The notes beneath the pieces were generated by a model. It saw nothing but the letters and a program-made list of their open reading frames with translations. It ran no database searches and was not told where the DNA came from. From assembly GCA_951406725.2 (NCBI GenBank), contig OX597824.1, positions 868,001-932,000 on the forward strand: a stretch of 64,000 nt of DNA, in the 5' to 3' direction. Source of the stretch: Octopus vulgaris (Eukaryota). Every line of letters starts with the position of its first letter. The stretch's first letter is position 1. A program made the position numbers and the translations under genes. Shown in pieces: positions 27,618 to 41,649 of this stretch.

Positions 27618-29324
27618 TACATACATACATACATACATACATACATACATACATACATACATACATACATACATACATACATTCATATATATATATATAT
27701 ATATATTTACTGAGTGGAAGAGAAAGAGAAGGAGAGAGAGAGATAGAGAGAGAGAGAGAGGGGGAGAGAGAAAGGAATTAAGATTAAAAGTAGAAAAAGG
27801 AAGAATTTGATACCGAATTCTGTTTATGTGGCAGACAATCTCTTTGATAAACGATAGTATCCGAAACATTAGATTCTCATGTGTTTGTTTCTTTATCGTA
27901 TCTATCTTGTATATGCACTTCTTTGATTGTTGTTTTTTCCTTTATATTTCTACGCTTTTCACTCACGAGCTTTTGCTTGTCTGAGTCTGGTTCCGTGTGT
28001 TACTATTTATTTCTCTCTTCTTTGGTTCATAATCATACACGAACTATTTGTGTAATTTTCTCTCTATCTTTCTCTTTCTCTCCCTCTCCTCCCCTCTCTC
28101 ACTTGCCTCTCTTCCCTCCCCTCCCTTCTCTCTCTATATATACATATGCATACATATATATATATACATATAGACATGCCCACACATACATACGTACATG
28201 CACACAACACTCATATGTATATATATATATATATATTGAATAATTATGAGAAGTATATCGAAAAAAATGATATGCTTTAATAGAGCACACCTCATTGGCG
28301 CTCTTAAGGATCAATAAGAATGTAGGCGAAAGTGGAGAACAAATTTCAAAGGTCGAGTCCCTTTATTAAATTAAATCCCTTCGCATCATAGGCATATTCA
28401 TATCATTTCAAGAACAAATCTAAAAATCATGAAAGCATTGAATACATAAATGTATCAGCATTCAGATTTTACGAATCGATGACGTGGTCAGAAGGTGGGA
28501 ATCCAAGGAACGGTGGTACACGAGGAATTAGGATGAATATTCAGTGAGTGCATATTCTTACGATCGTTTCGATAAATTGTGGTTTGAAGTGGGCGAGTTT
28601 TTTATCCATTCTGTCAACACTTCAAATGTAAAATTCTTCCCTGGAGACGGAGACTGGTGTCATCCGATTGGAATCAAGTTACAATCATTATTTTGGACAA
28701 CAAGGCCCTCCCCCACCCCAAACAGCTGTTGGACTCGTAAAACTTATTCAACTCCTTTAATTCCTGATATCATTTGCCTTCTTTATAAGTCTGACCTTTT
28801 TATTTGTAAAAATATGTAAACTTTTTGTATTAAATGTATTTGATATTTTTTTGTATATCGGTTTTCCTAACTTGCTGTCCTTACATTTTCTTCTATATAT
28901 ATATGTGTGTGTGTGTGTGAGTCTAAGTACCAGACATAAAAAAATAATGGGGTCAATTCGTTCGAGTAAAGCCTTTCAAGTCGGTGCTCCAATATGGCCG
29001 CAGTGCAATGTCGGAAGCAAGTAAAAGATAAAAGCTTTGTTTAACACAAAAATGGTTTATTTTTTAAAATGTAAATCCTTTAAGAGTTTGTCATAACTGT
29101 TCATATAGCAAGTTTGTTAAACATGTTCTACCTTGCTCTCTAAGATAATTATAAATAATTTTAAACGAAACATTACGCAGAGAATTCGTTTTATATCTCT
29201 GACATTAGCTAAAATCTCCCAAGAAACAGCAAAGATTTTTAGACAACTTGACATGTTAATTCGCCTTTTATTTGATCGTTTATCTTCGTTTTCCTTTTCA
29301 ACCTTCCACTTTTTCTTTTTATGA

Positions 29325-29371
<47 letters not shown>

Positions 29372-29544
29372 TTTATGCCTATCTCTTTTCTCTCGTTTTC
29401 TCTCTCTGTCTTTTCCGGTGCTCGTAAATGTACGTCTAAATTTAGGTGCACATACTTGAATGCTCACAGCTACATCTTTCTCTGTACACACAAACTAGCA
29501 TTTACATACATGCTAACACACACACACACACACACGCACGCGCG

Positions 29545-29592
<48 letters not shown>

Positions 29593-29593
<1 letters not shown>

Positions 29594-29976
29594 AGGGTGC
29601 GATGGGTAAATTATCGCCATTTTATAGTTTTTAACTTCGCGCATGCACGTTGTTTTTGATTTTGTCGACTACACTGTATAGTAGGGTCAGCTGGGCACTG
29701 TCTGTGAGAAAAATCGCTACTGGCTTCAACCACGGCTTCCAGACGACTTTGGAGCTCTTCTGGACGATCTCCTTGCTTAAGTGTGTGAATGCTGCCATAA
29801 TCCTTGCCTTCAGTTCATCTTTGGTTGAAGCCAATGACGATTTTATTGAATAAATTTACTCTTTCGTATTTCAAGATAATTTAATGTAGTTTTCGTAAAT
29901 ATATTTGATAAAATGTGATGTCTGTGTTATTTTGATTTTTGCGTAATTTAGACGACAATATACCCACCGCACCCTG
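29593..29976. mobile_element. Tc1/mariner-superfamily deletion derivative with an internal inversion
   Basis: Imperfect TIRs cagggtgcgatgggtaaatt / aatatacccaccgcaccctg(TA); transposase tail TKDELKARIMAAFTHLSKE on the minus strand and VEANDDFIE* on the plus strand. Confidence 0.7.
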
Positions 29977-31026
29977 TATACATGTAGGACGAAACTCTGA
30001 GCAGCATCAGAGTGGTAGCTTAAAATTTAATTTCTGTTTTCCATCTACCTTTGTGTGTGCGCGCGTGTGTGTGTTATTTATTAACATACATAAAAATAAT
30101 ATATATAAATCAGCAATATATATATAAGTATATATACGAATGAATATATGCAACTATACATATATCTAAGTACACAAATATATGTGTGTGTGTATTAACT
30201 TTTACAAGGAAAATTTTTACAATATCGAAGTTTTGGCCGACTTGCCTTCATCAATGTCAAACTGTTTCCTGTAAACGTTAATAAATTATATACTCTACTA
30301 AAAATTATTGAGTAATCCTTTAATCCTTTAGTTTAGTGTTAAATTGTTTTAAGCGTAAGTTGACATATAAAAAAAATAACAAACATTATTATACACGCGT
30401 ACACAGACACAGAGTACACATATGTTTATATCAGCATTAGTCAAAATATATAGATCAATACACATGTTATGCGTTAGACATAAGAGTTCAATGCGGATTC
30501 AGAATATAATTGTTGTAATATAGTGAGATATAAAATATACAACAACGTAAATGTTTTAGTGCCTCGTCTACTAAAGATAAGGTAGGATAACTGCTGTGTC
30601 GGTAACGCATATTGAGCTGGAAGCACCTGTTTGTAGTTGTCCTTTTATCTTCAGACAATCCGAATGTTATCTCGTTAATGGCATATCAGTTTCGGAGACT
30701 CTCCACATTGCAGTTGGTCATAATTGCCACTAAGTATTTGTTTACTTTTCCTCCGAAGGGAGATAATATGAATAAGCCACTGGCTTATCTTGTAGGGTAT
30801 TTGATATATCTTTATTCATCGTTATGGTTCACATGGCCACTCTGAATTATTTGTTATAGCTCAATTTCATGTAAGTGTCTTTGTATGTACGTATGTATAA
30901 ATGTATGTATGTGTGTATAAATGTATGTATGTATGTATGTATGTATGTATGTATGTATGTATGTATGTCTGTATGTGTATGAGTGTGTATGTATATATAT
31001 ATATGGTTGCGTGGAGGTATGCCTGC

Positions 31027-31114
<88 letters not shown>

Positions 31115-31630
31115 ATATGTATGCACCGTTTTTAGAAAGAGTTGCACAATCGTTCAGTGACAGGACTGATTCCAAATGAGAGGGGTAATAATCTAAAGAA
31201 TAAAGCATCTTCCAGAATCGGCATGATGTTACAGAGCTTGTCTTGAGACAAGAGAACAGTCGAATATACGTTTCTCCCTTAAAAGGCGTCATCAGCGCAG
31301 CAGTTGTACTATCTTGTATCCAGCAGACAATACACTTCGATATATTCAAAAAGAATAGAACAGATTTATGACCTTATGATAATTTCTATGATTTAAGCGA
31401 AGGACAGACCCCTCACTCCTTCCTAAGTCTGCTCGATGTAGCTGCTGTACCTCATTCAGTTCCCATCTTTCGGTCTAAAACAGAAAAATTAAAAAAGAAG
31501 AAAGGGAAACATACACCAGATGTCATGACCGTCGATAACTGTTAGCCAGAAACCGACAGGAGACTCTCGAGTAGAATATCTTTGAAAACGTTCGATCATC
31601 ACCACCACTGCCATCACCTCTGTCCCTGCT

Positions 31631-31795
31631 GCCGGCAACACAGCCGCCGGCACCACAGCCGCCGGCACCACGGCCGCCGGCACCACGGCCGTCTCCACCA
31701 CGGCCGTCGCCACCACGGCCGCCGGCACCACGGCCGTCTCCACCACGGCCGCCGGCATCACGGCCGCCGGCATCACGGCCGTCGCCACTGCGGCC
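31631..31795. repeat. GC-rich 15-bp minisatellite (gccggcaccacggcc, about 11 units)
   Basis: Seen directly; unit variants gtctcc-, gtcgcc-, -atcacgg. Confidence 0.95.
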
Positions 31796-32021
31796 GATGC
31801 CATTACGCTTAGTAGGAATCTAAAACGTGTATAAATATTAAGATCTAGTTTCTTTTACAGCTTTTAGCTTAAATTTACAGCTATCACAACATTTTTATGT
31901 TTGCTTTATATGAAAATAAAACATTTTTGAAATAAAGTAATTGTGACACAGATATATATAATGGATTTTATAGCTTATTTCTGTGGGAGGGAAACACTAT
32001 CCATTCTATATAATCTATTTC

Positions 32022-32118
<97 letters not shown>

Positions 32119-32149
32119 ATTTTTATCTATCTGTATACGAATACATATA

Positions 32150-32540
32150 TAGGTGATAGGTTATGAGAGGTAATCGTGTCAGGAAGACCCAAAGGTGTCA
32201 GGTAATGTTGAGTAAGTGCTATGGATAGACTATAGTTAAGCTCCAGGTTTGGTGAATGAACAATTTGAAACACTGTTGGAACTTACACACAAGGCACAGG
32301 AAACTTCTATATATACCATTCTGCTTAAATAATGGAACTGCCGATACATATCTCACGTCTGCATTCATTCCTCCTCTTCACTCTCTATTTCATATCTTCT
32401 CTAGAATAACTATTGCTTAACCATTTTCTCGCACATTCTCCGATGAAGGGATACATCAAATATCCCGGAAACAGCTGTAAGACCATCTCTTTAGAAATGT
32501 TCTGAAATCTTTTACAGCCTTGGATTTTTATCTCATTCTG

Positions 32541-32548
<8 letters not shown>
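32150..32548 (+). mobile_element. Penelope-type pLTR module with a hammerhead motif at 32437-32482
   Basis: Homologous to 44695-45172; tct-CCGATGA-A-GGGATA(catcaaa)TATCCC-G-GAAA-CAGCTG-TA-aga; ends in (TA)n. Confidence 0.65.
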
Positions 32549-33113
<565 letters not shown>

Positions 33114-33156
33114 TATATGCATATGTATATATATATATATATATATATGAAACAGA

Positions 33157-33396
33157 TATTGTTATATTTCGGAATGGTCATATTGCCAGTTTAGCCAATA
33201 AATAAGTGAGAAGAAAACAAAGAAAACAAAGGACCACTGATGCGGTCACAGGAGTGTGACGAAAGAACTCTGGCCGAAATAAGATTAAGATTAATGTAAA
33301 AAATAAATATCACTGAAGCAAAATAACACCAAATATATAGTGCGTGTGTTTTTTATTGGCTAAACTGGCAATATGACCATTCCGAAATATAACAAT
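33157..33396. mobile_element. Inverted-repeat module (~45-bp arms) enclosing a hammerhead-like motif at 33231-33275, flanked by (TA)n
   Basis: Arms atattgttatatttcggaatggtcatattgccagtttagccaataaa and its reverse complement; spacer cca-CTGATGC-G-GTCACA(GGAG)TGTGAC-GAAA-GAAC-TC-tgg; a third arm copy lies at 45467-45513. Confidence 0.7.
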
Positions 33397-33409
33397 ATAT
33401 ATATATATA

Positions 33410-33560
33410 TTTCTATATTTTTCTCTCCTTGTTTCTTTCTGTGGAAGAGCGTAGGCTCGAAACTTTAACGACTTTCTCACTTCCCGAGCGTTATACTAAT
33501 ACATCTGTTTGTTGTCTACATCACCTGTCTTCGTCTTATTGTGAATTCTCCCGATATATA
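33410..33560 (+). mobile_element. Short pLTR-like module with a variant hammerhead (CUGUGGA core, 33435-33470)
   Basis: Homologous to 51945-52140 (ttctctccttgtttct...gagcgtaggctcgaaac...gagcgttatactaatacatctgtttg). Confidence 0.6.
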
Positions 33561-33587
33561 TATCTATCTATAGATATATTTTTTGTA

Positions 33588-33654
<67 letters not shown>

Positions 33655-33683
33655 TTATCTCTTTCTATATATATATACAAATT

Positions 33684-34040
33684 ATAAGAGGATGATTACT
33701 AAGTGGACATCCATTATGCTAGAAGTAGACCCCCTATGGTCTTACCGCTAAGAAAGGATTGTTCTCAAGAAAATTTAGCAAACGCCAGAACGTAAGCGAG
33801 CAAGACAAATGAAAAGATAGAAAATATAATAATTAATCACAAACCCGTAATTACGTAATTACAACTTACGTAATTACGGGTTTGTGATTAATTATTATAT
33901 TTTCTATCTTTTCATTTGTCTTGCTCGCTTACGTTCTGGCGTTTGCTAAATTTCTTGAGAACAATCCTTTCTTAGCGGTAAGACCATAGGGGGTCTACTT
34001 CTAGCATAATGGATGTCCACTTAGGGGTCATCCCTCTTAT
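33684..34040. repeat. Long near-perfect palindrome (~160-bp arms, 7-nt loop)
   Basis: 33699-33858 is the reverse complement of 33866-34024 apart from about 2 single-base indels; loop ttacaac. Confidence 0.97.
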
Positions 34041-34174
34041 ATGTATGTAATATAATTTTCCTGAATCTTCAGATCTTTCTATAAGCTAGACCACTGGTTT
34101 TAAATTGATATTAATCAAATTAATATTCAATTTTTCACCCTTATTATTTTAAATATATATATATATATATATAT

Positions 34175-34250
<76 letters not shown>

Positions 34251-34384
34251 TATATATATACAGACATATATATGTATCTGTCTATATATATGTATATATA
34301 TATATGTCTATATATATATGCATATATATATAAATATGTCTATGTATATATATATATATATATGTCTATATATATACGTGTGTG

Positions 34385-34431
<47 letters not shown>

Positions 34432-34445
34432 CTGTACACCCCCCC

Positions 34446-34480
<35 letters not shown>

Positions 34481-34488
34481 GTATGTAT

Positions 34489-34730
34489 TGGTGGCACTCC
34501 GTCGCTAAGGATAACGAGGGTCCCAGCTGATACGATCAACGGAACAGCCTGCTCGTGAAATTAATGTGCAAGTGGCTGAGTACTCCACAGACACGTGTAC
34601 CCTTAACGTAGTTCTCGGGAAGTTTCAGTGTTACACAGAGTGTGACAAGGCCGGCCCCCTTTGAAATACAGGTACAACAGAAACAGCAACAAAGAGTGAG
34701 AGAAAGTTGTGGTGAAAGAGTACAGCAGGG
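34489..34730. mobile_element. SINE-like interspersed repeat fragment, family unassigned
   Basis: Balanced-composition block bounded by microsatellite; recalled similarity to cephalopod repeats only. Confidence 0.35.
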
Positions 34731-35232
34731 TTATAATAATGATATCAACACTATCCAACGGATTCTTATGTTATTGTTTCACTGCTCATATACACATCGA
34801 TATATATTTTTCTTTTTTCTTTTTCTTTTTCGTCCCTCTCACCATTAGTATTGTTGATATCACTATTATTATTTTTCCCGTTCTCAACTTGGTTCCTAAA
34901 TTACCCGCTTTCCTTATTGCCCCATCTCTGTTCCTCTTATTGTATCATATTTTATTTTCATTTTATTTTATTTTTGCTTCATTTTATTTCATCTTATGAA
35001 ACTTTTTTTTATGTCATTCAAAAGATTCTGTACTGATGAGAATGACAATGCATAAATTGAATTTTAAATTTTATCATTATTTTTGTTTTTTAATTTTAAT
35101 TTTTTGTTATTTCCAATTATAATTTTAATCACTATGATTTAAATTTTTTCTTAAATTTTTTGCATTGTTTTCCGAAACGAACTTATGAATTCTTCTATAA
35201 TAAATCTATTTCTGTTTCTACATCTTCTCTCC

Positions 35233-35388
35233 GTTTGGTAAGTAGCTTGCTAACCAACCACATAGTTCCGGGTTCAGTCCCACTGCGTGGCATCTTGGGC
35301 AAGTGTCTTCTGCTATAGCCCCGGGCCGACCAATGCCTTGTGAGTGGATTTGGTAGGCGGAAACTGAAAGAAGCCCGTCGTATATATG

Positions 35389-35419
<31 letters not shown>

Positions 35420-35620
35420 ATTTGTGCGTCTGTGTTTGTCCCCCTAGCATTGCTTGACAACCGATGCTGGTGTGTTTATGTCCCCGTTACTTAGCGGTTC
35501 GGCAAAAGAGACCGATAGAATAAGTACTGGGCTTACAAAAGAATAAGTCCCGGGGTCGAGTTGCTCAATTAAAGGTGGTGCTCCAGCATGGCCGCAGTCA
35601 AATGACTGAAACAAGTAAAA
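35233..35620 (+). mobile_element. Near full-length SINE family B
   Basis: tggtaagtagcttgctaaccaaccac...GGTTCAGTCCC head; body shared with other copies. Confidence 0.85.
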
Positions 35621-35666
35621 TAGTAATAGGTATATTCTTATACCAATAACGAATCTCCTTAATGAT

Positions 35667-35714
<48 letters not shown>

Positions 35715-35776
35715 GATACACACACAAAATATATGTACATGAATGCATATGTCTGGATATATATATATATATATAT

Positions 35777-35855
<79 letters not shown>

Positions 35856-35979
35856 GTATACAAAAACGCCAAACTAGCCTATGAACCTGTAATCTATTGT
35901 GTCTGTCTTCAATGATGACCTAGACCCAAACAAATATAAAAGTACTTTCTTCTCAAATTTAGGAAATCGATAGTCTTAC

Positions 35980-36107
<128 letters not shown>

Positions 36108-36232
36108 GTGTCTGTATATTAAGCACACACACACACACACGTATATAGGCTTATCTCTATTCATCTCTCTCCCCGCTCTCTGTATAATATATATATATAT
36201 ATGTACATATATATATATACATACACATACAA

Positions 36233-36290
<58 letters not shown>

Positions 36291-37164
36291 ATAATTACAC
36301 ACACATATGCGTAGTCATACATCTGTGCAACTTTCACAGTGTAAGCTTCGCCTCATAGCAGACGTTCTTCATATTCTTTCCATTGTAGTTGTTGTTTCTT
36401 TCCCAACGATAGTTCCGCCCTCAATTTAACAGAATATGGTTTATTTAATAGTCCAAGAAAAACATCTTCGTTATTCTTGTTATCGATATTTTGGCACATA
36501 TTTGTTTGTAGCAATCTATTGGCTTCCTTTCAAGAGAGGATGTAATCAAATTTCTATGAGAACAAAGATGTAACACAACAGCAGCCTTGATAGTATACTG
36601 GTCTTTGTAACTTTAGCAGGATGAGTTCGTGTACGATGTGTAACTCTGTATAACTCAATGACTTCTAGTCTACGAAACGGAATCCGAGAAAGAAATACAA
36701 TAATAATAATAGATACCCCAGCCTCTCAAGGTCATTCAGTTTAAGCAATATAATCACTCAGATGATAGTATCAATGTTACTCCTCAATTTGAATGCTTAA
36801 TTGTTTAGTTTTGGGGATTAAACGTCACTTGGGAGTTATTTATAAGAGGGCAGTTTGAAACAGTAAGGATCGGATTAAATGTGCAGAGATGAGGAAGGTT
36901 TGCCGGGGGAAACATAGTTGGGGAGGTGAGAAAGGAGAGATAAAAAGAAATTGAAATTAGGGAGTTTAAGGAGAGATGGTATAAATGAATGGTCAGGTAA
37001 ATAAGTAGATAGAGATAGCTAGCTAGGTAGAGGTATATAGAAAGAGAGAGAGAGAGAGAGAGAGAGGTAGAGACAGAGGCAGTGATGGAGGGAGAGAGAG
37101 GGAGAAATAAATAAGATAGGAAGCCGAGAAAATGAATGCATAAAAGAATAGAAGAATGGAAATA

Positions 37165-38058
37165 TCAGTTTAATTTCAAGATTTCTTGCCAATAGAGAAA
37201 TAACCGGTTTCTAACCTAGATTCAAGGCTCCTTCACTGGAATTTCAACACTAACAACAGGGTATTTTTGCATGCATGTACGTATGTATGCGTGCAGATTT
37301 GTATGTTTCATGTATGTATTCTCATGCATATAACTGCATATCTAGACATGCTCATTTATATTTAAATGATAAACTTCTAGAAAGTTTTACAGATTTTTAC
37401 AGTTCCAATCATGGATTGGATCTGTAGTCTTCGAATCAGCTTTCTCTTTTCTGGTTTTGAGAAGCCTAATTTCTCAAGATTGGTATTTAGGCAGTGTGTT
37501 ACATATCCCAGGGCCCAATAATTACAGGTATAAACCTGAACTTGTAAACTGAAGTAACTTGTAAACTGAGTAACTGCAGATTTCTCAATAGTTCACCATA
37601 GGTGTTCTCTTTTTCACTGATCTTCAGCTTTATGTTAACATCCACTGGGCAGTTAATTTCCACAACTGCGCACAGTTTCTCTTCTCTATTCCAAATCATT
37701 ACATCAGGCCTGTTGTGCTTACATTTTGTTGAGGACTTCACTGGTACATTCTACCAGTATTCCTTTTTATTATGAGTGGCCATGACTTCTACCACACTGT
37801 AGGTTCTTATTTCTTTGACCTCGGGGTTACCCTTCCAACGGATCTCATTATACAGTGTCCTAGCTATAACATCATGCATCATCGGTAGATAATACCGCGA
37901 TGACATTTTCAGAAAACTGCTTATGATGTGGGTGATATCTTCGATGTTAACTCCACAAAGTCTGCATCGGTTGTCACATTTTGGTGCTTTCCTGCATCTC
38001 TGTCCCATTTGTGTATCAGGTATTTGGTTAAAATTTCTTGTTCCTGGATTGCAAATGC
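37165..38058 (-). mobile_element. 5'-truncated RLE-type (R4-like) element; inverted paralog of 22497-23377
   Basis: ORFs 37751-38008 and 37499-37741 (CRLCG...THIISS; KHNRPDVMIW...VVEINCP...KENTY); same 3' UTR end; 5' end abuts (TACA)n. Confidence 0.87.
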
Positions 38059-38133
38059 TTGTATGTATGTATGTATGTATGTATGTATGTATGTATGAAT
38101 GTATGTATGAATGTATGAATGTATGTATGTATG

Positions 38134-38167
<34 letters not shown>

Positions 38168-38602
38168 TGTATGTATGTATGTATATGTGTGTATACCTGC
38201 ATATCTGTAGATACCTTTTATCTTTCATCGGTTATATTTCCAACCGTTCGACTGCAGTCATTGTGAGTCGCCGCCTTGGATGGTTTAGTCAAACAAATTG
38301 AACTTGAGGTAGGTTCTTGTTGCATTGGTCACACGTGCTGAACGACGCCCTAAAACAAGCCAACATCGGTGGCGGGGACAAACACAGCTGCAAAGTCACA
38401 GATATATACGTTCGCGCGCGCCAATGTGATTGTGTGTTGCGCGCACATGTGTGTATGTTAAGTCTGTGTTTGTCCCCCACTGTTTGACCACCGCTGTTGG
38501 TTTGTTGACGACCGCGTTATCTAGCGACAAAAGCGATCGATAGAAAATGTGCCAAACTTTAAAAATAAATGAAGAAATAAGTGAAACAAAACGAAAGAAG
38601 CT

Positions 38603-38835
38603 TTAGTTAGTTAGTTAGTTAATTTTTTGGCTCAAAAAGCAAAAAGCAAGGCCATGTAGGGGGACATGGAGTTATGTACAGGGTGGTGTTCATGCAAAGA
38701 GTTCAGGCCATTTGTGGTCAAGGGAGACTTTGAACCGAGCGGTCGTCGGCATCTTCACTATCTCGTCCGGCAGCTTATTCCACGGATCCGCAACCCGGAC
38801 GGAGAAAGCCCCTCTCCTTCGATTGAGAATGCCTG
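38603..38835 (-). mobile_element. 3' end of a CR1-type LINE with a (TAAC)n tail
   Basis: LNRRRGAFSVRVADPWNKLPDEIVKMPTTARFKVSLDHKW matches the CR1/L2 'FS.RV...WN.LP...FK..LD' terminus. Confidence 0.8.
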
Positions 38836-39452
38836 AAACGCCTAAAAGAAGAAGAGTAAAAGAAATCCTGTGTATTCTATACATTTATATATATCTTAAG
38901 AATGCAAGAAAAAACTTAATGTTGAAATGCAAATAAAAGAAAAGAAAAAAGCGAAATGGAAGGAAAAGCGAAAATTAATGAGAAAATATCCACCAAGTGT
39001 GCTGCCATTTTTGTGAGGATAACTACAACCCGAATGCGTTCAGAGGAAAATAACAAAGAAATATATTGCATTACGATGCCATAAACCCAGCAGGTCATTT
39101 TTGGCAGATTCTCTTCAGTTCACAGCTAATCGGGAAGAAGCTTACATCAGATCTGTTCGCGTCTGTAGAACTCGCGTATGTTTTGTTTCATATTTCTGGA
39201 AATAGTTCTTTCATCAAAAGAGCAGTCTTTACGGTTTATTATTAATTGACTCTGATGGATGACCTCCACTTTGGGAATGTCTTTATTTACTTGTTTGTTT
39301 ATTTGTTTATTTATTTATTTATTTATTTATGTATTTACCTCTTTTCAACATAAAAACTCGTATTAACTGCATTACATATACGTGTGTGTGAGCGTATATT
39401 TGCATGTGTGAGTGCCTTCGTACGTATATATATACATACATACATGCATACA

Positions 39453-39488
<36 letters not shown>

Positions 39489-39504
39489 CATATATATGTA
39501 TATA

Positions 39505-39545
<41 letters not shown>

Positions 39546-39571
39546 TGTATATATATATATATATATTGTGT

Positions 39572-39859
<288 letters not shown>

Positions 39860-41282
39860 GTTATATATAATTATAAATGCATACATATGCATAGACACAC
39901 ATATAATACCTATAAATGTTCGTTTGATAAATACATGTACGTATCTATGTATGCACGTCTGTACGTGTCTCCGTAGGTAGGTAAGCAGGTAAATATGTAT
40001 ACACATTTTAACGGCGGTGCCCCCCAGCATGGCCGCAGTTCTCGAGCTGAATCTGGTTAAGAAAAAATGTATATGTGTGTATATATGAATTTGTATGGAT
40101 GAATGCGTGCGCATGCATCTCTCGACTGGTCGATTATAACTCTGCATAGAGATTCTCAAACAGTAACCATAATATAGTCTTTAGGCTTGTATATACGCAT
40201 CCACACTATGTGAATTGTCCTCTCCAGTCTTGTGTGATGCGAAAGAGATTTAACCGTTCTTTCAAGCAAATCTGGGCTCAGTTTTATCGACTCCCCTCCC
40301 CCTCCATAAAAATACGTGTCCTTGTTTGTATGCTACGACAGAAACCATTGTTATTTAGAAAAGTTATCTTTAATGTATTCTTAATTGCTATCTGCTAATT
40401 AGTAATAATTAAAAATCATAATGTCATTTACACAAATGTTCAATCTAATTTAATACTGAATAATTTAATAAAAGGTTAATTTAATGTTAATTACAGACTG
40501 AAATTGCTTCACAAAATTACAAATAAATTTATTTTCTTTTGGTTTTGATCAAAGTGTTTCATTTTAGCTGAGCATGAATGATAAAGGAGGCGAGCTTAAT
40601 TATGACATGGATGATTTTTCTTGCGCTCATTAGCACCGTTAGTCCGGTCATGTGGTATCAAATGCAGAGTAAAGATGTCGTAAAAGCAGTCTTTTTAAAA
40701 AAAAATTTTGCTTTCCGTTATCTTCTTCCTTTACATCTTTATTTCAATGATGGTTATGTAGCATTACGTCTTTATGGAACCGAAACGGACTTTTCACTCT
40801 TATTCTCCAAATAAATAACTCAAATCGTTGTAATTTTGATCGATTAGTCATAATTCGACCTCGTTAATATGTCGAAATCCTATATTAACCCAGGGATATC
40901 TAGATCTCTATTCTGACGCTCCCTTAAACTGGGCTTCCGACGTACGGCAACGAGGATCATAGTTTATAGTAATATATATTCACTGCCATACTAGTCGATC
41001 CAGACTTTTGTTTGCTAAATGGGTCTAATGCCTGATGCCAACTTATTCAATATATTTCCGATAAGTTATCGTCCTCGGTGACGAAGAACCATCAAATATT
41101 TATGACTCAACAACTCTAAGCGTAAAAAAAGCACAAAAACCTCCAAGAAAACGAAAGAAATATTGATGATTATTGGTTAAATTATCAGATCACAGCTACA
41201 AGGTTACGATTTGAAATGCTAGCGATCAGCATATGTTGTCTAAACTCAAAACAAAATCATAAGTGGTCACAGAGGATAACTC

Positions 41283-41409
41283 TGTTCTATCGGTCTCTTT
41301 GTCCCAACTGCTAACGTGCGGGGACGTAGACACACCAACACCGGTTGTCAAGCAGTGGCGGCCGACATACACACATTCTTTCATACACATGCATACACGC
41401 ACACAGACA

Positions 41410-41444
<35 letters not shown>

Positions 41445-41605
41445 GCACGCGCTTCTTTCAGTTTTGTCAGCCAAATTCCCTCACAAATCTTTGGTCGCCC
41501 GAGGCGATAGTAGGAGACACTTTCCCAATGTGCCACGCAATGAGACAGAACTCTGTCCCATGTTGTTGGGAAACAAACGTTTTACCACAGGACCACACCG
41601 GTGCC
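41283..41605 (-). mobile_element. SINE family B, diverged
   Basis: ttctatcggtctctttg...ggttgtcaagc...cttctttcagttt. Confidence 0.65.
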
Positions 41606-41649
41606 TATATATTTATAAAAATATAAATGTGTTAAAGAGAAGGAAATTT

